From Bacteroidota bacterium (GTDB lineage: Bacteria; Bacteroidota; Bacteroidia; Chitinophagales; Saprospiraceae): a DNA stretch of 45,856 nt. Below are positions 18,497 through 26,389 of the stretch, in pieces. Both the position numbers and the translations under genes were made by a program. The notes beneath the pieces are model-generated. The model was not told the DNA's origin. It searched no databases and saw only the letters and a program-made list of their open reading frames with translations. The DNA is taken from the NCBI GenBank assembly GCA_039817625.1, contig JBCBVN010000001.1:1-45856 (forward strand). Direction: 5' to 3'. How positions within the stretch are numbered: the stretch's first letter is position 1; every line of letters begins with the position of its first letter.

Positions 18497-21277
18497 TCAG
18501 TAAGATTGTTTATCAATCAACTTCCAGGGCGCCAGCTTGCTCAAACTCAGCCTAAAGACCAGACGGTCTAAAATACTGCCTCGCTCGGTGATCCGATCTC
18601 GTATTTCGGGACTGCCTACAACAGGAAGATAGATACCAACAGCTCCATCGATCAGATTGAGCGCCAGACCGCCTGCCCACTGAAATCCTTCTACCTGCCC
18701 GCGTTGAATGGGACTTAGACCGTAGGCACCACCATCTAAGTAGATACCAAGGGGGAACCCGGCCGGAGCAACTGGCAGGTCGCTATCCAGATTGAAGGCG
18801 ACGAGGTAATCATTGCTGCGGCCCAGGCTGAAAGCCCCACTAACCGGCGCACGCATACCGCCCTGACGAAGCTCTAGTTGCTGCTCGTAAAACCCGGTTT
18901 GTCCCCTGCCCAGGTAATAGTCTTCGTAGCGATAATCGGCTGCGGCATTGTCAATGAGCGCCAGCCGAAACTCATTGCTCACATTGCGTTCTCTGAAGTC
19001 ATTGACCAAAAAATAAGCGCCATACAAACGCCACTTCAGCGACTTACCTCTTTCGTACTCGTACTCGCTCCGCCAATCGGCCTCGAGCAGTAGGGTGGGG
19101 GTATCGAATGGGTTGTCGGCTACTGCGGTTCGATACCCTAAATTGATGGAATAGGAAGAAGGATTGATGGCGCGAGCCAGGCGCCGTTGGTAGTGTAGAT
19201 CGATGAAATGGTTGGTGTTGTCATCTTGTCCGGTGATTTCTCCGTCAGGGTCAAATACCGGTCGAGTCCTATTGAGGCCTACATAAGTCAGACTCAGTTT
19301 GGATTTTCGTTCTGTGATCGGCGGATGGTCAAAAATGAGTTCCAATCCGGCTGACCAGCGGTCATAGCCATAAGCTTCACCTCTTATCTCACGATCGCTA
19401 AAACGCTGGATCGCTAAGTGACTGATGAGTTGTTGAGTTCCTTGGAAAGGGCGTAAACTCCTGAACCTGAGTCCAGCTAAACCAACCACCTCCTCACTGC
19501 CGAAACCATAGCCCGGCATGATGCCCCACTCAATTTTAGAAGCGGCCAAATGTCTGTTGTGTATAGCCAGCCCCAGCATAAAGCCATCGTTGGCATTAAA
19601 TCCAGCCCAGGGCAGCCAGTGCAGTTGCTGAATGTCGGCTTGTTCCTGTCCGCTGAGGAAGGTAAGCTTTAATGGACGCTTCTCTTCCAGCTGGAAGGGT
19701 ATGGGTTCGGTGCCAAAAATATAGTCTTGAAAGAAGGAGCTCAGATCGCGGTCGAGGTTTTCTTCTAAGGACTTCCGCAGGTCGTCTGGTGTTGGGTGAC
19801 CGAAAGCATGCTCACTAAAATAAGACTGGATGGCACGGTCCAGGGCTTCCCGGCCAAGCTGTTCTTCGAGATATTCGAAAGCCAGCTGTGGTTTGGTGTA
19901 AGCAGACAGCCAGTAGTTGTTGTAGCTCAATTGCTCGCTAGTTGTCGCTGGTGGCTGGTCTAGCGCCAAACCTATTGCATAATCGTGGCTGTATCGGTCA
20001 TCATCTAATGGTCTGCCCATGAAGTTTAGCCAGGCCTCTTGATCGGGATATCGCTCAGCCATATAGCGACCTTCGTAGTAGGAGTTGATTCCTTCATCCA
20101 TCCAGGCGTGGTCTCGTTCGTTGCTGGCCAGTATACCGTAGAACCAGTTGTGCCCCACTTCGTGAGCAATGACTTCATCCAGATCCTCTTCGCTGTACTC
20201 GGTATCGATCAGGGTGATCATGGGGTATTCCATTCCGCCACCTGCCGACTTAGGTGATTGGGCTGCAGCTACGGAAGGGTAGGAATAAGTGCCCACATAC
20301 CTGGAATAAAAACGAGTGGACTCCTTGAGATATTCGATACTTCTGCTCCACCAGTTTGCCTGAAAATCGGTGAAGTAAGACCAAACTTCCACAGGATCAT
20401 CCCGCCCTTCGAGCAGGAGGGTATCGTACAGTACACGGAAGCGTTTATCGGCAAACCAGGCGAAGTCGTGTACCCTGTCGGCCCGATAGATTATGGTTTT
20501 ACGCTGGTCACTAGAGGGTGGAATCTGTGCAGCCTTTCTATTCACGGAATCGGGAACACCCGCTGCCAGCCAGATTCTGGTATCTTCATCTAGCTGTAAT
20601 AACCGGTTTCGCTCTTCCTCCGATTCTAAAGTGCCGGTGGCGCCTACCGTATAGTTTTCAGGCAAGTCGATTTGAACGCTAAAGTCGCCGAATTCAGAGT
20701 AAAACTCTCCATTATCTAGATAGGGCATGGGGTGCCAGCCGTCTTGATCGTATACGGCCGGTTTGGGGTACCACTGTGTCATTTGGTAGGTCTGGCCTAT
20801 ATGCCCCAACCGGCTGATACTGGCTGGAATATCTAGGCGAAATGGGGTAGTCATTTCCATAGTTGCTCCTGGAAGTAGGGCAGGAGAAAGCGGTATTTCG
20901 ATGACATCTTCGTGGCCCTGCCATTTGCTATAGTTGACGACCTGGCCGTTGATGGCGAAGCTCAGACTGTCTATACCGCCACGTTCTTCCCGATTGGCAT
21001 CGGTCAATAGGGTGTTTCCTTGTCTGAGTAGTTGCTGGCCCAGAGCTGATTGATCGTTTCGATAGGTGTTTGGCCAAAGGTGGATGAATATTTCTTTTAG
21101 CGTGTCTGAGCTATTGTTGGTATAGCTGAGAGACCAGTTGCCGTTTAGCTCATGCCGCTCATCATCGAGGGTGCAATCTATTTGGTAGGAGACATACTGC
21201 TGATTCACTTGAGAAAAAGCGAGGGTTTGATGTCCAATAAGCCAAATTAAAAACAACCATTTCAAAACTTTATCCAT
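18497..21277 (-). CDS. M1-family zinc aminopeptidase with beta-strand-rich C-terminal domain
   Basis: Signal peptide, QWYPK, GGMEYP, HEVGHNWF...DEG (HEXXH-X18-E). Confidence 0.9.
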   Translation of the reverse strand: MDKVLKWLFLIWLIGHQTLAFSQVNQQYVSYQIDCTLDDERHELNGNWSLSYTNNSSDTLKEIFIHLWPNTYRNDQSALGQQLLRQGNTLLTDANREERGGIDSLSFAINGQVVNYSKWQGHEDVIEIPLSPALLPGATMEMTTPFRLDIPASISRLGHIGQTYQMTQWYPKPAVYDQDGWHPMPYLDNGEFYSEFGDFSVQIDLPENYTVGATGTLESEEERNRLLQLDEDTRIWLAAGVPDSVNRKAAQIPPSSDQRKTIIYRADRVHDFAWFADKRFRVLYDTLLLEGRDDPVEVWSYFTDFQANWWSRSIEYLKESTRFYSRYVGTYSYPSVAAAQSPKSAGGGMEYPMITLIDTEYSEEDLDEVIAHEVGHNWFYGILASNERDHAWMDEGINSYYEGRYMAERYPDQEAWLNFMGRPLDDDRYSHDYAIGLALDQPPATTSEQLSYNNYWLSAYTKPQLAFEYLEEQLGREALDRAIQSYFSEHAFGHPTPDDLRKSLEENLDRDLSSFFQDYIFGTEPIPFQLEEKRPLKLTFLSGQEQADIQQLHWLPWAGFNANDGFMLGLAIHNRHLAASKIEWGIMPGYGFGSEEVVGLAGLRFRSLRPFQGTQQLISHLAIQRFSDREIRGEAYGYDRWSAGLELIFDHPPITERKSKLSLTYVGLNRTRPVFDPDGEITGQDDNTNHFIDLHYQRRLARAINPSSYSINLGYRTAVADNPFDTPTLLLEADWRSEYEYERGKSLKWRLYGAYFLVNDFRERNVSNEFRLALIDNAAADYRYEDYYLGRGQTGFYEQQLELRQGGMRAPVSGAFSLGRSNDYLVAFNLDSDLPVAPAGFPLGIYLDGGAYGLSPIQRGQVEGFQWAGGLALNLIDGAVGIYLPVVGSPEIRDRITERGSILDRLVFRLSLSKLAPWKLIDKQSY

Positions 21278-21348
21278 AACTCAAAATTACGACCTTTGCG
21301 TCTCAAATAGGCGCTTTGAACCAAGCTGGTCCCGCCAAAATCAATCCT

Positions 21349-22083
21349 ATGCCGCCCCGCAATAAGCTCCAGAAGTTTGCCGAAGTTGCTCGTTTTCCGA
21401 ATGTATACGAGAGCTTCAATCCTTTAAAGCCTCAATTGGTGCAAGGAGACAGTCCAGTGGATTTACGCGGACAGTGGGCGAGCAAGCATTTTGGAAATGA
21501 TAATCCCATTACGCTGGAGTTGGCTTGTGGACGGGGGGAATACACCGTAGAGTTAGCTAAGAGATACCCCGATCGCAACTTCATTGGCGTCGACGTAAAA
21601 GGGGCTCGAATCTGGCGAGGAGCTAAAAAGGCCATGGAAAGCGAACTATCTAACGCAGCTTTTTTGCGTACTCGAATTGAGCCCATTGCTCATTTCTTTG
21701 CTCCGGGTGAAGTCGATGAAATTTGGATCACTTTTCCAGATCCGTTTAAGAAGAAAGGGAAAGCCAACCGGAGATTGAGTTCGGCAGTCTACCTGCGGGA
21801 GTACAGAAAAATATTACGGCCAGGGGGGTACATACACCTCAAAACAGATAGCCGATTGCTATACGATTGGACGACGGCCTACTTCGAGAAACAAGATGCT
21901 GTCACCGTTCACTATAATGATGATGATATCTATGCCAAGCCGCTGCCTACGCCCGAGCTGGATATTGAGACCTACTATGAGCGAATGCATCGCGATTTGG
22001 GCGCAACGATTACCTATATCAAGTTTAGCATAGATTCTGAGGGTAAGCTGGATTTTTCCAGAGAGCTTGTGAAGGAGGACTGA
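21349..22083 (+). CDS. trmB: tRNA (guanine-N7)-methyltransferase
   Basis: LELACGRGEY, NFIGVDVKGAR, WITFPDP, HLKTD, TYYE; ATG 21349 preferred over TTG 21316. Confidence 0.95.
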   Translation: MPPRNKLQKFAEVARFPNVYESFNPLKPQLVQGDSPVDLRGQWASKHFGNDNPITLELACGRGEYTVELAKRYPDRNFIGVDVKGARIWRGAKKAMESELSNAAFLRTRIEPIAHFFAPGEVDEIWITFPDPFKKKGKANRRLSSAVYLREYRKILRPGGYIHLKTDSRLLYDWTTAYFEKQDAVTVHYNDDDIYAKPLPTPELDIETYYERMHRDLGATITYIKFSIDSEGKLDFSRELVKED

Positions 22084-22088
22084 CGAAT

Positions 22089-22241
22089 ATGGTTGCTCTT
22101 CGAAAGAATTGCGCTAAACTAGATCTTCGACCGAAGCCTGAAAAGGTCACACTGCTTGTAGAAATATTCGACTCTTCGCTTGAGTATAATACTGAAAGCG
22201 AACTCGTGAAAGATTTTGATTCAGGGCAAGTTTTGCTCTGA
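22089..22241 (+). pseudogene. Possible remnant of a Uma2/DUF820 endonuclease
   Basis: 50-codon ORF MVALRKNCAKLDLRPKPEKVTLLVEIFDSSLEYNTESELV resembles the Uma2 segment HPxPEDVLLLIEVxDSSLEYD. Confidence 0.45.
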
Positions 22242-22255
22242 TTATCTTCACCCCC

Positions 22256-22615
22256 ATGAACTACGATGGCTTAAGAGAATACTGCCTGTCCAAGCCTGGT
22301 ACAACTGAAGGACTTCCCTTCGGCCCTGATACGCTGGTTTTTAAGGTGATGGGCAAAATGTTTGCGGTGGCAGGCCTGGATGAAATAGAGCCCAGGGTCA
22401 ATCTCAAATGCGATCCAGAGCGAGCCATAGAGCTGCGGGAAACCTATCCGGAGGGTATCATTCCTGGCTGGCATATGAATAAACATCACTGGAATACCGT
22501 CTACCTAGACCGCGGATTGAATGAGTCTTTATTATTCGAGTTGATTGATCATAGCTATGAGCTGGTGGTAAAGGGGTTGTCGAAAAAATTGCGGGAAGAA
22601 TTGGAGGAGGGGTAG
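22256..22615 (+). CDS. MmcQ/YjbR-family DNA-binding protein
   Basis: PFGPDTLVFKVMGKMFA, NLKCDP, PGWHMNKHHWN, IDHSYELV. Confidence 0.93.
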   Translation: MNYDGLREYCLSKPGTTEGLPFGPDTLVFKVMGKMFAVAGLDEIEPRVNLKCDPERAIELRETYPEGIIPGWHMNKHHWNTVYLDRGLNESLLFELIDHSYELVVKGLSKKLREELEEG

Positions 22616-22837
22616 TCTGTTAGGATTGATTGGTGGGTTGCTTTTGGGATTGTGGTTGTTCCTGGCCTTGGGTTCCAATTAAGAGTTCAGTGGGGAGTCT
22701 GTTAGTCTTTTAGGGGTGATTGGTGGGTTTTTCTTGACATTGGGTTTCATTCATGATTTCAGGCTGGGTAAGCGAGCCTATTTTAGATACAGTATTTCAA
22801 GCTTGAGGCCCAAATTTTCTAAAAGGCTAAAAGTTAT

Positions 22838-22909
22838 TTACGAGAAAAATCGTAGTTAATTTGTTTATCTACGACTCTGCCCGTACATTTGTTACGAGAA
22901 AAATCGTAG
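22838..22909 (+). promoter_or_regulatory. Promoter with three BlaI-type operator palindromes TACGA-N6-(T/C)CGTA
   Basis: Boxes at 22839-22854, 22870-22885 and 22893-22908; TTTG (-33) at 22860-22863 and TACATTTG (-7) at 22884-22891. Confidence 0.8.
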
Positions 22910-22912
22910 ATA

Positions 22913-23293
22913 ATGGCAAATACGCCTCCAACTGCTTCTGAATTAGCTGTTTTGAATTTGCTCTGGGATCGTGGTTCGCTCACGGTCAGGGCTGTTTATG
23001 ATGAATTGGCTAAGGACAAAGACATTGTATATACCACCGTGCTCAAGACCATGCAGGTCATGTACGAACGAGGATTTGTATCGCGTGAGCGAGTAGGGCG
23101 GGGCCATATCTATTCAGCATCCATAGAACGCGAATCTACCCAGGATAAGCTACTGGATGGCTTTTTGGGAAAAACTTTCGGTGGATCTGCCCAGCGACTG
23201 GTCATGCGCGCACTGGGCAATTATAGAACGAGTAAGGATGAGCTACAGGAGTTGAAAGCACTGATTGAGCGCCTTGAAAATGAAGAGCAATGA
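22913..23293 (+). CDS. BlaI/MecI/CopY-family repressor
   Basis: PTASELAVLNLLW..G.LTVR, YTTVLKTMQVM..RG, FGGSAQRLVMRALG. Confidence 0.93.
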   Translation: MANTPPTASELAVLNLLWDRGSLTVRAVYDELAKDKDIVYTTVLKTMQVMYERGFVSRERVGRGHIYSASIERESTQDKLLDGFLGKTFGGSAQRLVMRALGNYRTSKDELQELKALIERLENEEQ

Positions 23294-26200
23294 TAGAACA
23301 AATCTTATCCCCAAAAATCATAGATGCCCTGGGTTGGACTTTGATCCATGCCCTGTGGCAAGGTGCTTTGTTCGCCCTCATGCTAGGTGTATTGCTCATT
23401 CTACTCAAGCGGTATTCATCTCAGGCGAGATACTTGGTTTCGGTAGGCTTGCTGGCTGGCTTCTTCGTGACGGTAGCCTTCACCTTTGGTAATTTGGTAA
23501 ATTCTTCAGCAGGTGTAGGTGTTCGAACCAATCAGGATACCTCAAATGAACTCGCTAGGCTCGATGCACCTGATGAGCCTGAACATGTCGACGACTCCGA
23601 GGAGGTTTTACCTCCGAGCACGTCGGATGAACTAATTGCGCTGGAGGCGTCTGATGAGCCCACCGAGCTTGAAGGTGTTTCCATACCCTGGTTGGATCAA
23701 GCCCGCGATTATTTCAATCGGCACATACCTCTTTTGGTAACCCTTTGGCTGTTGGGCGTGCTGGTTTTGCAGCTTCGATTTTTAGGCCAGCTGGCTTTTG
23801 TGCAGCGCATGAAAAACTATGGAGTACAGCGATTTCCGTCTAGCTGGGCGGGTAAGATCCAGGAGCTGGAGGAGGCACTGGACATCCGCCGCCCCGTTCG
23901 CTACCTGGTATCCAGGCGTGCCTTGAGTCCACTGACGGTAGGTTGGTTGCGGCCTGCAGTCATCTTCCCTGATGGAATGCTGGATCAATTGAGAGAGAGT
24001 CAGGTCGCTACGATTTTGGCTCACGAGTTGGCACACATCAAGCGCCATGATTTTATAGTCAACGTACTACAGAATTTCCTGACGACCTTTTTCTTTTTTC
24101 ACCCCGGAGTGTGGTGGATGTCTACCCGAATCGAAGAAGAGCGAGAGCACGCTTGCGATGATCTGGCCATAGCGGCTACCGGAGGGCGAATCGACTACGC
24201 CAAGACTTTAATACAACTCAAAGAAAACCAAATGACAAGTCCACAATTGAGCATGGCCTTAGCGGGGCGTAATGGTGGGTTCACCTATCGGATTAAGCGG
24301 TTGCTTTCAGGCTATTTAGGCTCTGCTACTTACGGAGAAGGAATCGTTACTACCCTCATTTTAGTGGCTACTTTAGGATTGGCCCTCTCATTGACGGGGC
24401 AAACCCCTGATTTGAATCATGGAGGCGAGCAGCTTACGCAAATAGAAGAGTCTGGAGAAGCAGGGGAAATGTCGTCTCTTTCACAAGAGAACCTCCCATC
24501 AACTCCTGCCTACCCGTCACCGTTAGGTGGTGAAGTTCAATCGCCAAGGACCGACGGCGCAGATGATTCGCGACAGCTTGAACCGGCAGAACTAGACCTT
24601 GTAGAGCAGGAAGCGATAGCATGGAGTGATGTCGACTTGGGCAACCTAAGTGCCGAGGAAGAACTTCGGTTACTGGTCAGGGCGATACGCCAGGGTGATG
24701 AAGGCATGTTCCGCTACTTTCTGAATCGGGTGCGAAATCTTAATCAGGCTGCCGGGCCAGAGGAAAACTACTTTACCCCCTTAATGGCTGCTGCTTCGGA
24801 AGATCAGGTTGGTATGCTAGAAGCGCTGTTGGAACGTGGAGCAGATGTCAACTACGTGAATGGTCAGGGATGGACAGCCTTGATTGAAGCTGCCGACGAA
24901 GGTTCATATCGGTCTGCTCAACTTCTCTTAGCCGCAGGCGCCGATCCCAATCTGAAAGGGCGAAATACTTACAGGTCTGCTATTAGTATGGCCGCCTCGG
25001 AAGGTTTTCCCGAAATCATGGAACTCTTGCTCGGTGCTGGTGCTGATATTGATTACGGCTTTCCGCTCCACGAAGCAGCAGAAGAAGGACAATTGGAAAT
25101 AGTCCGGTTATTGGTGGAGAAGGGCGTTAATGTCAATGAGTTGGATGATCGTCGTCGAACTCCGCTGGCCCGGGCTGCCTCTGAAGATAATCCGTCGGTA
25201 GTTCGCTACCTCATTGGACAGGGCGCAGAACCTGAACTGGGGACCTACTTACCCCTTCATCTGGCCGCAGAGGATGGTAAGGTCGCGGCAATACGGGCTT
25301 TATTAGAAGCGGGAGCAAATGTCAATGCCCGGGATGGACATAGGCGAACAGCCTTAATCTGCGCAGCTTCTGATGGGCATCATACGGCTGTTAGCTTGCT
25401 GCTCGATGCGGGTGCAGAGATCAACGCTCAGGACGCCTGGGGAAATACTGCCCTTATTGCGGCGGCTGACGATAACCATCAGCGGGTAGTTCGTCAATTG
25501 CTGCAAGCTGGGGCGAATACAGATATGCGTACTGATCAAGGACAAAACGCCCTTGAGATTGCGCTGTCCGAAGGATCAGAAGATGCAGTTGATGAGTTGA
25601 CAGCCGACTTAGCTGAATATGCCCTTGACAATCTTCGAAACTCGCCTCAAATACTTATTGGTCCTGCACGTGAAGGTCACTTGTTTATGGTGCGCCAGAT
25701 GTTGGAAACGGGTATTGATATCAATATTACCGATGATCGGGGCCATACGGCACTCAGTGTAGCGGCCAATGAAGGGCATCAGGGTATAGTTGATTACTTG
25801 CTAAGTCGAGGCGCTGAAATAAGAGGCGGTGCTTGCGGACCAGTCGCAGAGGCTGTCCAAGAAGGACATGTGGATGTGCTGAATCGCTTGCTGGAATATG
25901 GTGCGGATCTGGATGTTCTTTGTAGCTTCAGAAATCTGACCTTCCGAAATAACTACGGTGCCATTTACCATGTAGGAATCTATGAAGGTGCGACCTTGCT
26001 CATTCAGGCCGTAGAAGAGGAGAACATAGATGTCATCAGAAGACTACTGGAGCTCGGTGTAGATCCAAATGAGTATTGCACAAAGCGCAGATTCAGTGTA
26101 AACGGAGAGTTGGACTGGGGACAGGCCAATACCATGAGTGTGGATCAACTCAGGCAACAAGCCGATATCCAGTACGAGATTGGAAATTGGACCGCCTTGA

Positions 26201-26328
26201 TGGAAGCTGTAGAGACCGGATCTATACCCATGATCGGAGTGTTAATTGAAGGGGGTGCCGATCCAGAGCCTGCCAGAGAACTCGCTCGCCAATCTGGAGA
26301 TACACGAATCATAGAACTACTTCGGTAA
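23290..26328 (+). CDS. BlaR1-type M56 metallopeptidase fused to an ankyrin-repeat domain
   Basis: LGWTLIHALWQG N-terminus, HELAH zinc motif, FFFHP..WW, EREHACD, RIKRLL, a TM, then ~14 ankyrin repeats; ATGA overlap with the blaI stop. Confidence 0.92.
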   Translation: MIEQILSPKIIDALGWTLIHALWQGALFALMLGVLLILLKRYSSQARYLVSVGLLAGFFVTVAFTFGNLVNSSAGVGVRTNQDTSNELARLDAPDEPEHVDDSEEVLPPSTSDELIALEASDEPTELEGVSIPWLDQARDYFNRHIPLLVTLWLLGVLVLQLRFLGQLAFVQRMKNYGVQRFPSSWAGKIQELEEALDIRRPVRYLVSRRALSPLTVGWLRPAVIFPDGMLDQLRESQVATILAHELAHIKRHDFIVNVLQNFLTTFFFFHPGVWWMSTRIEEEREHACDDLAIAATGGRIDYAKTLIQLKENQMTSPQLSMALAGRNGGFTYRIKRLLSGYLGSATYGEGIVTTLILVATLGLALSLTGQTPDLNHGGEQLTQIEESGEAGEMSSLSQENLPSTPAYPSPLGGEVQSPRTDGADDSRQLEPAELDLVEQEAIAWSDVDLGNLSAEEELRLLVRAIRQGDEGMFRYFLNRVRNLNQAAGPEENYFTPLMAAASEDQVGMLEALLERGADVNYVNGQGWTALIEAADEGSYRSAQLLLAAGADPNLKGRNTYRSAISMAASEGFPEIMELLLGAGADIDYGFPLHEAAEEGQLEIVRLLVEKGVNVNELDDRRRTPLARAASEDNPSVVRYLIGQGAEPELGTYLPLHLAAEDGKVAAIRALLEAGANVNARDGHRRTALICAASDGHHTAVSLLLDAGAEINAQDAWGNTALIAAADDNHQRVVRQLLQAGANTDMRTDQGQNALEIALSEGSEDAVDELTADLAEYALDNLRNSPQILIGPAREGHLFMVRQMLETGIDINITDDRGHTALSVAANEGHQGIVDYLLSRGAEIRGGACGPVAEAVQEGHVDVLNRLLEYGADLDVLCSFRNLTFRNNYGAIYHVGIYEGATLLIQAVEEENIDVIRRLLELGVDPNEYCTKRRFSVNGELDWGQANTMSVDQLRQQADIQYEIGNWTALMEAVETGSIPMIGVLIEGGADPEPARELARQSGDTRIIELLR

Positions 26329-26389
26329 AATAAAATACCATAATCTGAGGTCTGTACTCAAGTTTTAGGCCTCCTTATACCCACTACCA

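Noticed and set aside
18300-18497. tRNA-Leu as an integration site
   Set aside because: No integrase and no duplicated tRNA 3' end seen in the window
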